Positions 1-35,160 of a stretch of 64,000 nucleotides of DNA are shown here, piece after piece. How positions within the stretch are numbered: the stretch's first letter is position 1; every line of letters starts with the position of its first letter. The stretch is taken from NCBI RefSeq assembly GCF_006345805.1, contig NC_043018.1:4712001-4776000 (forward strand), written 5' to 3'. This stretch comes from Octopus sinensis. Taxonomy: Eukaryota. The position numbers and the translations under genes were made by a program. The notes under the pieces are model-generated. The model did not search any database, had not been told where the DNA came from, and worked only from the letters and a program-made list of their open reading frames with translations.

Positions 1-94
1 CACCTGGTCATACCTGTACCTATATGTTGCTTATAAATGCTCAACCGGTTTATAGTAATTAATTTGAATTGATCTGTTTTTGTTCCTGTTGCAG

Positions 95-24788
<24,694 letters not shown>

Positions 24789-25182
24789 ATCTGGGCAGCC
24801 GAGAAGATGGATGAAAACTACTTCAGACTAATTTTTAGGAAGATTTTGATAATCCATATCTTATCTCCCCTCCCACCACCCTCGTATCAGCTGATAACAA
24901 GATGTCTGTACAAATATATACATATATGATGCAAATTTTATAAATGATAGTTAATATATGTAATATATAATGTGTATATAAAAAGAAACCATATATAATG
25001 TAATTAGATATGTATTTATGATGTATATATCATAAATATATATGTATATACCTATATGCATATATATATATATATATGTAAATACCTGTATCTATACATG
25101 TGTATGTGTGTATACACTTATATACATATATGTATACTTATATGGATATATATGTGTGTGTGTATGTATATATGTATGTATG

Positions 25183-25218
<36 letters not shown>

Positions 25219-25854
25219 TATGTACATGCAATTTTTTTATTAAATGCATGTAAACTCAAATGACTGATCAGAACCGAAATGGGGAGCACTGAGTCTCTGG
25301 TCTTCATGAATTTCCTCAGTTTCCTGGCTAAACAACTTTTCTGGGCTTACAGTCATCTGACTTAAATGGTGTATACTTCTGTATGTGTCCAAACATATAT
25401 TATGTGTATACACACACACACACACACACACGTTCATATGCATATAGACATTATATGAATCATACGAGAGAGAGAAGAATTATTTCACCTTGACTGCCAT
25501 GATTTACAAATAAAACTTTCAAAGATAATTCAGACATGCTGACATTATTTCTAATGTGGAGGTTGATGGGAGAGAAGAGAAAAAACTTACAAGTTAACAA
25601 AAGAAGATTAAAAAAAAACAGAAAAAGGATTCAAAAGTTGAACTGTACCCTTTTTTTTTCTTTTTAAATATTTTAAAATTTTAATTTTTTATGTTATTTT
25701 TTTTTGTTTATTTTCCTCCCCCCAAGTGTGGTATGTGAAGAAAGCCTGTCTGTATCAATGTGTTTCTATCGCAGCATGAATAAATGTGTCAGTATGTATG
25801 TGTACATGTCCATGTATAAAAGGATTAATTAAAGCTAGAATGAGCTTTATTACC

Positions 25855-25860
25855 AATAAA
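25855..25860 (+). terminator. Candidate RABL6 polyadenylation signal
   Basis: AATAAA followed by a GT/T-rich tract; other AATAAA near 25509 and 25779 are alternatives. Confidence 0.35.
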
Positions 25861-26042
25861 CAAGTTTGTTGTTTTTTATATTTTTTGTTTTTACTTGTTG
25901 AGTGAACAAATTCCCCTTTGCATTTTCTACTGGTCAGGGTTGGACACAGCAAGGGTGATGGTGAGCATAGAGATTTGTAGGAGACAAATGCCTTGGTGGA
26001 GGTGACATCAGCTCAACCTGATGCGAGGAGCAAAGACCATTT

Positions 26043-26090
<48 letters not shown>

Positions 26091-26207
26091 AAAAAACAAA
26101 GTGAGGGCCAGAGGGTCACTTTATGCCAATCCATCAGGTTACTCTTTTGGGGTGCAGATATGAAGGAGCGAAGGCAGAACAATGTGATTTCTAGCTGTAT
26201 CCATTTT

Positions 26208-26423
26208 TTAAACGTTTAACATTTAAACTGGCGAAATCCTGCTAAAATACTTTACCTGTTTTATGTTCAAACTATCCAGATTGGGTCTTTCATGCTTATC
26301 CTACAATGTCATTCCAAAACTATACAACTACATCATCAAAATCTTGAAGGTACAAAATAATGCTTGATTAATTCAAAACGATGTTAATAAATAAGAATTA
26401 TAATTTGAATGCTAAAGGAATAA
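26208..26423. mobile_element. piggyBac-like MITE, decayed copy of the 1439 family
   Basis: Shares CCTACAATGTCATT and CATCATCAAAATCT core and AATGCTAAAGG end. Confidence 0.55.
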
Positions 26424-26435
26424 AGATTCTTTTAA

Positions 26436-26487
26436 GACCACCCTGCATGAGACCACCCTGCATGAGACCACCCTGCATGAGACCACC
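26436..26487. repeat. 15-bp tandem repeat x3
   Basis: Unit GACCACCCTGCATGA. Confidence 0.85.
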
Positions 26488-26705
26488 TCTGATTTCCAGA
26501 ATATAAACTTAATATCATATTTTCAAAGGATCTGAATTAAAACATTCTGTCAAAATTTCATGTTTATTTTTGGTCTAACATTGCCAGCTGAAGAATGCCA
26601 AAGACATTTCATTAAATCTTATAAGTTTAAGTCACAACACAACTTCAGACGAAAAAAAAGACTTTCACTATAACGACAGGTTGCTGTTGTTGATTGAGAA
26701 ATTCC

Positions 26706-26746
<41 letters not shown>

Positions 26747-26829
26747 TGTGTTAAAAGCTCTTTTGACACTAACTTGCCTGAGTTCATTTCTGATTCTGAA
26801 ATCTAAAGCCTACTTTTAAGGAATTCATA

Positions 26830-26950
26830 TTCAGATTATTGAAGGAAGATGTGTGTGGACCAGAAAGGGGTCTCTGTTGGAAAATAAACCTCCTTTCATC
26901 ACATTTATGAGAGTATCTCAGTCAGCCTATGAACTTTTCAGCCAACCCTC
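26830..26950 (+). mobile_element. Mariner 3' end relic
   Basis: KMCVDQKGVSVGK* (cf. KKCVDRKGDYVEK*) followed by CAGCCTATGAACTTTTCAGCCAACCCTC terminus. Confidence 0.5.
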
Positions 26951-28557
26951 AGTTTTTAGACTCAAGCATTAGTCAATATCCTCAATCTCAGTGCTTGACT
27001 AGATTTCAGTTTTAAGATGCATGGCCCATTGGTTAAAGCATCAGGCTCCAATCAAGAGATGGTGAGTTCGATTCCTAGATCAGGCTGTATGTTGTGTTCT
27101 TGAGCCAGGCACTTTATTTTTATGTTGTTCCAGTTCACACAGCAGTAGAAATGAGTTGCAATGCCACTGGTGCCAAGATGTATCCGCCCTTGCCTTTCCC
27201 TTGGGTGACATCAACACGTGGAGCGGGAAAGCTGATATGCATGGGTGACTGCTGGTCTTCCATTAACAACCTTGTCCAGACTTGTACTTCAGAGGGTAAC
27301 TTTCTAGGTGCAATCTCATGGTCATTCATGACCGAAGGGAGCCTTGACCCTTTAGCTTTAATCCCAGAAAGATTCAGAAAATACAAGTTAAAATTCTATG
27401 AACACTAGTATACTTTTGTTTTCCAACTCTGAAAGTTGGAAAAGCAAAGTTGAAACTGGGACAGAAAGAGCGAAAGGAAATTTTGCAAAACACTCTAATG
27501 ATTAATTCTGCTAATTCACCGTAAAGAATAATAATGTATGAAGCGAGAAATTTAGAAGGAAAGAACAGCCAGTTATATGGATCCATGCTTGGCTAGTATT
27601 TTATTTAATTGATCCTGGAAGGAGAAAAAGTGGATTTAACCATAGCAGGATTTGAACTGAGAACGTAAAGAGCTGGAACTGAATACCACAAGACATTCTG
27701 TCTGATGCTTTAATGATTCTACCAATTTACAATACTCAGCCATAACACAGCTTATAACCAACCAAATATTCTCATTCTGCAAATGGTGGCATCGTAAGAC
27801 TTGACATGTCAGATTCCAGTGAGGTTATGCCAACTTTTAGCATCTTTACAGAAGAATCATAGTTTTCTGAGAGATCTCCTGGCAAATAGACATCTGGAAC
27901 AAAACAAAAACTGTATCACAAAGATAGACATTGTTGGAAACGAGAAAATACTTTGATCCTTCCACCCACCCACACACCACCCAACAGCTAATAAAGCTCT
28001 ACAAAGCACAGATAACCAAACAAACACCACCACTACCACACACACACTCCCACATCCTAAATTGGCTTCTAGAGAAAGGTCACTAATTAGTATGAAGTCA
28101 CTCATTAGCGTATTTCAACAGATGCGTTGCATCCCGTTTCTTTATTGTCCTGCAGTGGTCTCCGTCCTAAACCTACCCAAAACTGAACACATCCCAGGTT
28201 AACCTTCCTCAGAATTAAACACCCTCAACATTCAACATGCTCTGAATTAGACACAAAATTAAATACCATTTTCCTTGCATTCATTTCAGTCATTAGACTT
28301 TGGCCATGCTGGGGCACCACTTTGAAGAATTTTAGTTGAACAAATCAACCCCAATAGTTATGTTTCTTTAAGCCTAGTACTTATTCTATCAGTCTCTTTT
28401 TCTGATCTGCTAAGTTATGAAGTTGTAAACACACTAACTCCAGTTGGCAAGTGGCAGTGAGGGACAAACAAAGACACACACACACACACACATATATATA
28501 AATATATATATATGTGTGTGTGTGTATGTATGTATGTATATAGATAGATAGATATAT

Positions 28558-28844
28558 AAACAATTGCAGCATGGAAGGTGTTTATAAGCCATTTAAGAAA
28601 CACAGAATCCGTTAGATTCACTTTAACATTTAAATTTAATGCCAAAATATTTTCGTCACTTTGAGACCGCGACTTCTTCACTGACAAAAGTTCAAGAGAT
28701 GCAGCACAGAGTTTTGTCAGTGAACAGGTTGCGGTCTCAAAGCGACGGAATATTTTGACAAATTAAATTTAAATGTTAAAGTGAATCTAACAGATTTTGT
28801 GTTTCTTAAATAGCTTATAAACACCTTCTATGCTGCAATTGTTT
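28558..28844. repeat. Fold-back palindrome, arms about 132 bp, 22-nt spacer
   Basis: AAACAATTGCAGCATGGAAGG...CTGACAAAA pairs with TTTTGTCAG...CCTTCTATGCTGCAATTGTTT with several mismatches. Confidence 0.9.
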
Positions 28845-28931
28845 TCATTCCAGCACATGATCTCAGATCAGGTCACTTGCTATGCAAGTACTTCTCCGTA
28901 ATATATATGTGTGTGTATATATATGAATATA

Positions 28932-29090
28932 CTAGCAGAGATACCTGGCATTGCCCGTGTCACATGCAATAGACTTTTCTGTTATATTTTCTGTAATGAA
29001 CTGGAATACCTATGTTTCAAATTTCATCAACATTGCAGATGAGGGTTATTTCCCTCTTTACACACCCAAACAAAATTGTAAACTAGAGAA
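28932..29090 (-). mobile_element. Helitron 3' end fragment of a second family
   Basis: Minus strand reads CGGGCAATGCCAGG (hairpin-like) then TATCTCTGCTAG|T; left extent only, right boundary is a guess. Confidence 0.45.
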
Positions 29091-29339
29091 GTTCAATTGT
29101 TGAGAATCTTTTTAACTTAGGTCTTATTGTTTGGATTTCTTTGAAATAGGAAATATATGTTCACTGGGTTTGTAAAAGAGAGCAAAGCTACAGGAAAGCA
29201 AAAGACGAATGATCACAATAAGCAGTCAGCTACCCTACCCTAATTGTTACCACTCCCAATGTAGGATTCCTCACCATCCAGGTGACAGGTACAGCCATAA
29301 GATGCATTACGAATCTATAGCAATTGGAAGGGCGTGACC

Positions 29340-30690
29340 CTTCTAAATGGCTACGAGATATTTATTTCTCCTAGCTGGTGGGGGAGCGGGAGTGTGGTGG
29401 TCTTATTCAGGAAAAACTTGGATGTGCAGGTAAGTGTAGTCTTTCTGAACTCAGAACCAGTAGCCTGGTCATTTTGGGTGTAACATATGTAAGTAAACAA
29501 TCCTTCAGATTGGTAGCTGTCTATGCACTGAAACAAGGTAGACAGGCTGGCTTTTCCCGGGACCTGAAGAACTTAGTGGCGTCAAAATCTCTAGTTGTAC
29601 TAGGAGACTTTAACACTATTCTCTACGCACAGGTGGATAGTGTTGGCTCAACAAATAGAAGGGGAAACCCTGTCTCAAAAAGGCTACTAGAAAGCTATAA
29701 TCTAGTCGACCGTTATAGACTGGATGAACCGCTCATTCCACCGTGGACTAATAACGACGGTTCACTCAGATCTTATATAGACTAGACAGGATATTCATTA
29801 GGGATAGAGATAGGAATACGTTTAGTTGTCCACACTTTTATTGTGTCTCCTACATGAATCACAAGTTTGTGACATGTAGGGTGTACCTAGATAAGTGTCA
29901 TAGACAGGAACCAGGGTACTGGAAGATTGACGAGTCTATTTTGACTTGTAAAACCTTCCATGCCCGGGTTAAGGAGTTAGTATAGAGGGCATTAACTGGT
30001 GCCATTATTAATAATAGGTGGTGGTGTGCCCACAAACAAGCCATCCGTTCTGAGTCTATTAGATTTAGCAAATAGTAAAGTCTAGATAAGAAGGGGCTTT
30101 AACTAAGGAATTAGATGAGGCCATGGAGTCCGGCTCTGCATCCAGAGTGGTGGTGACAAAAGCAGTTTTGTATCGACATCTCAAAGCCAAACACAAAGGG
30201 TGTAGGGTCAGAGCTAAACTTCGTTCAGTGGAGAGAAAGGGTATTAATGTTGCCGGATGGGGGTGTCGTGTGGAGAGTCAGAGAGGCAGAGAAGCCTCTA
30301 TCAAGTCTTTAACAGATGAACATGGGCGTTCGATGGAAGAGCAGGAGGAGATGCAAAAGGCTTTCACCGGCATTTCACTCAGTTGTTCATGATTGTGACA
30401 GGGACAAATCGCCGGGGCTGGATGGTCAACCCTATGAATTTTATTGTAGCATGCCAGACTTGTTCATACACTTGCTGGCCTGTGTCTACACTAACTGGCA
30501 GCAGAATGGGAGGATTCCCAGCTCTGTGAGTCAGTGATGCTGATCAGAAAAGACCTGAGCAAGGGGGACCATATTAGTAATTTTAGGCCCATAACTCTAC
30601 TTAATATACAGTTAAAGATTTTGACCAAGGTACTAGCTAAGAGGTTGGCGCATGTCATGGAGAAACTTGTCGGGAGGGCCAAGAAAGTTG
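29340..30690 (+). mobile_element. Degenerate L1/Tx1-clade LINE (endonuclease plus RT start)
   Basis: FRLVAVYA, LVVLGDFN, SYIDRIFI, GYWKIDES, KSPGLDGQPYEFY, NFRPITLLN..LKILTKVLAKRL across broken frames. Confidence 0.8.
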
Positions 30691-31268
30691 GGGGTGAACG
30701 ACCCTGATTAATTTCAACCATAGTAAAGTAGTACGGTGTAACCAGTGGACTTTACAGCCAAGGTTTAAACTTTTTTAAATTATCTATATTTAAATACATC
30801 ATCATGGGTTCATAAATGAGTTTTCAAAACTCATTTATGAACCCATGAACACTTTTTATTTGTAATGTCCTGTATTGTCCTCTCTATGTCCTATAAGTAT
30901 TATCATAATAAAGAGTATATCTCTAGCAGACGAGGTGTCCAGTACTGGGGAGTAGCAGAAACAGCCCGAAATTAGGACTGGTCTACCGGTCCTGTCGCTA
31001 GGAGATGACAGGGGTTCGTCAGCCTGCTTGCAATTTTATTGGATGCAGCTGTGCATCGTTAACCAGCTAGAGGAGATGCCTTCTTGGGGTTAAAATATTG
31101 CAGTATAGTCCAACGGACAGCCATGTTAAAGTGGCTATGAATATTACTTGTCAGTACAACTACTGCGTTGATCTGTTAGAGAGATTTTAGAACTAGCATT
31201 TTTGCTTATTGTGCTGTATTAGTATGAAGAGATGTTCTTGTGTTGCAGTCAATACATCTAGAATCAGT

Positions 31269-31654
31269 GGAGGCGCAATGGCCCAGTGGTTAGGGCAGCG
31301 GACTCGCAGTCATAGGATCGCGGTTTCGATTCCCAGACCGGGCGTTGTGAGTGTTTATTGAGCAAAAACACCTAAAGCTCCACGAGGCTCCGGCAGGGGA
31401 TGGTGATGATCCCTGCTGTACTCTTTCACCACAACTTTCTCTCACTCTTACTTCCTGTTTCTGTTGTACCTGTATTTCAAAGGGCCGGCCTTGTCACTCT
31501 CTGTGTCACGCTGAATATCCCCGAGAACTACGTTAAGAGTACACGTGTCTGTGGAGTGCTCAGCCACTTACACGTTAATTTCACAAGCAGTCTGTTCCAT
31601 TGATTCAGATCAACCGGAACCCTCGTCGTCGTAACCGACGGAGTGCTTCCATCC
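31269..31654 (+). mobile_element. Full-length tRNA-headed SINE, family B
   Basis: A box TGGCCCAGTGGTTAGG, B box GGTTTCGATTCCC, CpG-rich body; decayed relatives near 2444, 27020, 46985(-). Confidence 0.85.
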
Positions 31655-32491
31655 ACATTTAGAATCAGTAAAGTGTAAGAGGTGTAATCGGATATGCAAG
31701 AAAATTGTCTGTTCAAAGTTTAACACTTGGGTTGGTATTGACATATTAAACAAATATTCAGGTGCCGTGTCATTTCTTCTTTGATATTCTTGGCTGAATA
31801 AGCAGCCGTTAAAATAGCTGTAGAGAGTGTGCAATTCTAAGCCTGACCCAGAACACTCTGCAATTGATGAGAGTGGAGAACATCATAAAGGCTCGGACGT
31901 CTATGACACTGCGAAATTGGCTGAATTTATAGGCTGTGCTCATGGAAAGTTCCAGATGAGCTAAAGAACTATCACACGAACAACAACCATTGATTTGACC
32001 AGATATCGGTTTCACACATGATCAACCCATAATGGAACTGTGATTTGAAATTTGTTTGTGGCAAAACGCAGGATCTCATTCATGCTACACTCATGTGTTC
32101 GTTCATTATGGAAAAATTGTGACACTATTTTTAGTAAAAGAAATCATTATTCTTGGTGAGGGAATTGGAAAAATAAGAGAAAATGTTCAGCAGATATTAT
32201 CGTATGACAAGATCCACCACCACCACCACTTTTTTTTTTGGTAAATTTACCCTTCTTTGTTTCCTAGAATTCTTAATATTAGCTGAATTTTAGGCATTCA
32301 GTCACATTCTGAGCTCGAAGCCCACCATGGTCAACTTTGTTATTTTGCCGTTCGTCCCTTAAGCACTTCGTAAAATAAATAGTCAAACTACTGAGGTTCA
32401 TATAATTGACTTATACTTCCTCCCAAAATGCGCAGCCTGTTACAAAAGTAGAACAATTTTTTAAGGAAGGAAAATATTTTTAGTAAAAAGA

Positions 32492-32499
32492 TGACGTCA
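32492..32499. promoter_or_regulatory. Perfect CRE/ATF palindrome TGACGTCA about 55 nt upstream of the UFSP2 ATG
   Basis: Exact motif in a locally CpG-rich region; function untested. Confidence 0.35.
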
Positions 32500-32552
32500 T
32501 CAGGAATTATCTGTGTCAAGGGAGAGCACTCCGCATTGACGTTGACGCTAAA

Positions 32553-34442
32553 ATGGCCGCCGTGAAAGATATTTTCGTCTCGCGATCCGCGTTGGAGACA
32601 ATCCGACGCCTGGAGAAGGAGGACGGACTCGGATTACTCATCGGAGAGGACAGCATAGACTTCATAAAAGTTTGGAAATGTACCAGATTGAGCGAAAGGG
32701 TTCAAGAAGATGCCATGAAGACGTGTCAACTTCTGCCAGGTGGCTTAACTGCACTCGGACTGTACAGTGTTTCGTCTGCTCCCACCGCCTCCTCCGCGAC
32801 TGGAAACGATTCGGAGGACAGCAACGACCCTCTTTCCTCTGTTATAAGTGTTTTGATGAATTTTCTGAAAGTTAAGTATTTTTTACTGTTAAATTATGAC
32901 GATACTAACCCGCACAGTTCTGCGATGTTTTTGTATTCGTGTATCGCGGGCGACGTGAAGCGAACGAGGAGCGAGTGGACAGCTGTTGCCGAAGAAGGGA
33001 ACCTGAAGGACGAACACGTTCGTTTCAGGCTCAAAACCCAGTTGCCTTTGAGCTTTAAGTACGATCCCAAGTCGGATAAATTAATTAAAACCATCAGAAC
33101 CGAAGTGGAACACTTGTGTCAATTGGTCGGTTCCCCGTCGACTGTGTTTCATATAAACGACAGCAAATTGTTGCTGTCGCCGGATTCGATGAGCAACAAC
33201 GAAGTCGAGGAAGACGAAGATTGTGAACAGCAATACTGGAAAAGTTATGAATCGAACGAAATGTGCAGAGACATCGTTAAATACATCGAAACAGATGAAG
33301 AGAATTTTATTACCATGCCCAAATCGAAAAAGAAAAATGCAGGCAGTTTAAATCGTTCTATTTCTGTTAGTATGTACACATCGACATTTTGTAATACAGA
33401 TCCTAAACGGACACCGTCTTGTGCTCCTCTCATCCATCAAGAAATGGGAGAATTTCTTCAAGTTTCTGTACCTTTGAAGATAGATGCTATAGCTTATGTT
33501 TCTTTGAATTGTCCAATAAGCAAAGTGGCTTCAATTCTCGCCACTGCCGTGTGTCGCCAGATTCTTGCGGCTGAACTTTGCATTACCGAAAACAGACAAG
33601 GTTCAACTTTTTCCATACCTCAAACATATCATATCCAACTACCTCAGTCGACGTTTATTGTTTCTGTCACATATCCAGAAGACGTCGAGGAAAATACACT
33701 GGAATATCAAAGGAAGTGTCTTCATCAACTTTTTTGTCTCCCTCTTACTAAGCCATGTTTCCGAAAAACTAATGCCTATATTTTTCCTGAAGATGTTGCA
33801 CCCAGAAACAGTTACTTAATCAACCCTCATGTTAGCTTGCTATCAGCAGCCAAAAGTGCAACACAGCACGTTGTACAAGGTCGCTGCAGCTATCACCATT
33901 ATATGCAAGATAACTGTGATGACAATAAATGGGGTTGTGCATATAGATCTCTACAAACCCTGATATCTTGGTTTCGACTTCAAGGCTATACTTCTGCTCC
34001 AGTCCCAACTCATCGCCAAATTCAGCAAGCTCTTGTAGACATAGGCGATAAACAGCCACCGTTTGTTGGCAGCCGTCAGTGGATCGGTTCTCTTGAAGTG
34101 AGTTTCTGTTTAGAACATCTGATTGGAGTCCAAAGTCGAATCATGAACGTCTCCTCAGGTGCTGAAATGTCAAATTATGGCAGAGAACTTTCAATGCATT
34201 TTGATTCTGTTGGAACTCCAATTATGATAGGTGGGGGTGTCCTTGCCCACACAATCATTGGAGTTGATTACAATGAAGTGACTGGAAATATGAAATTTCT
34301 TATTCTTGATCCCCACTATACAGGGGAAGAAGACCTTCAGTACATTCTAAACAAGGGCTGGTGTGGTTGGAAAGGACCTAACTTTTGGGATAAGAATGCT
34401 CATTATAATCTTTGTATGCCTCAGAGACCAAAAGTTATCTAA
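32553..34442 (+). CDS. UFSP2: Ufm1-specific protease 2, single exon, 629 aa (peptidase C78)
   Basis: Uninterrupted ORF with aaaATGG start. Catalytic set YHHY450...KWGC462AYRSLQT...LILD586PH588Y; Tyr-Cys (12) and Cys-Asp (124) spacings equal human Y290/C302/D426. C-terminus GWCGWKGPNFW...YNLCMPQRP. Confidence 0.96.
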   Translation: MAAVKDIFVSRSALETIRRLEKEDGLGLLIGEDSIDFIKVWKCTRLSERVQEDAMKTCQLLPGGLTALGLYSVSSAPTASSATGNDSEDSNDPLSSVISVLMNFLKVKYFLLLNYDDTNPHSSAMFLYSCIAGDVKRTRSEWTAVAEEGNLKDEHVRFRLKTQLPLSFKYDPKSDKLIKTIRTEVEHLCQLVGSPSTVFHINDSKLLLSPDSMSNNEVEEDEDCEQQYWKSYESNEMCRDIVKYIETDEENFITMPKSKKKNAGSLNRSISVSMYTSTFCNTDPKRTPSCAPLIHQEMGEFLQVSVPLKIDAIAYVSLNCPISKVASILATAVCRQILAAELCITENRQGSTFSIPQTYHIQLPQSTFIVSVTYPEDVEENTLEYQRKCLHQLFCLPLTKPCFRKTNAYIFPEDVAPRNSYLINPHVSLLSAAKSATQHVVQGRCSYHHYMQDNCDDNKWGCAYRSLQTLISWFRLQGYTSAPVPTHRQIQQALVDIGDKQPPFVGSRQWIGSLEVSFCLEHLIGVQSRIMNVSSGAEMSNYGRELSMHFDSVGTPIMIGGGVLAHTIIGVDYNEVTGNMKFLILDPHYTGEEDLQYILNKGWCGWKGPNFWDKNAHYNLCMPQRPKVI

Positions 34443-34536
34443 TGAACTTTAGTTTTGCCTTTTCTATTGGAAGCAACAAAATGACAGAATCATGTATTTG
34501 ATTTTAATTGATTTTACTAAAAACTTTATTGGACAA

Positions 34537-34547
34537 AATAAAATAAA
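34537..34547 (+). terminator. Candidate UFSP2 polyadenylation signal (overlapping AATAAA x2)
   Basis: AATAAAATAAA about 95 nt after the stop, followed by T-rich sequence. Confidence 0.5.
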
Positions 34548-34955
34548 ATTCTCTATATTTTTTAGTTTTCAAATATTATAAAAAAGAATTCACCAGTGTA
34601 AGAAATATTTTATTGTTATTTGTTTTTATTGTTATTTAATCCTAGGTCTACCCTGATCCATCAGGCCTATGATAAAAGTGACTCCAGACTGGACCACCCT
34701 GTCTTTTTATATACCTAATACCGCATTATCCAATGCCTTCTTCCATTTTTTTTAAGACACTTGGGTACCTTCTGAAGAAGAATTGTTTGCTCTCTTTAAC
34801 AGGTTAAACAACCATGTAGGCTAATGATTCTTAATGTGGGTGACATTGCCCCATTAAGGGCATTGTGAGCTCACAAAGGAGCAGTAAATGTCAAGGTGAC
34901 ACTATAGGTGGAATTGTGTATTTAGAGGGGTTATCATTTTCTTAAATATTATATT

Positions 34956-35160
34956 TTAACCCTTTAGCAAGCCAAATATCCGACCTGTTTTAGGTTCAGA
35001 TCCTGCCTGTCACACCTCCCCTACAATGTTATTCTAAAAATACACAACCCAGTTACATCATCAAAATCTCAAAGCTGCGAGACAATGCATGATTAATTCA
35101 AAACAATGTGAATAAATAAACATCACATGTCACCGAATAAGCGGAATGCTGAAGGGTGAA
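34956..35160. mobile_element. piggyBac-like MITE, copy in opposite orientation to 1439
   Basis: TTAACCCTTTAGCA...AATGCTGAAGGGTGAA. Confidence 0.65.

Noticed and set aside
27850-28260. Possible L2/Jockey-like LINE C-terminal relic (LIKLYKAQI...VLNLPKTE)
   Set aside because: Resemblance too weak to support without a profile search
31269-31345. tRNA gene at SINE heads (also 52620..52689 and others)
   Set aside because: A/B boxes run into SINE bodies repeated across the window; no complete cloverleaf
31660-32050. Cys-containing, coding-looking stretch upstream of UFSP2 (possible transposase relic or upstream exon)
   Set aside because: All frames are interrupted and no diagnostic motif could be assigned on either strand
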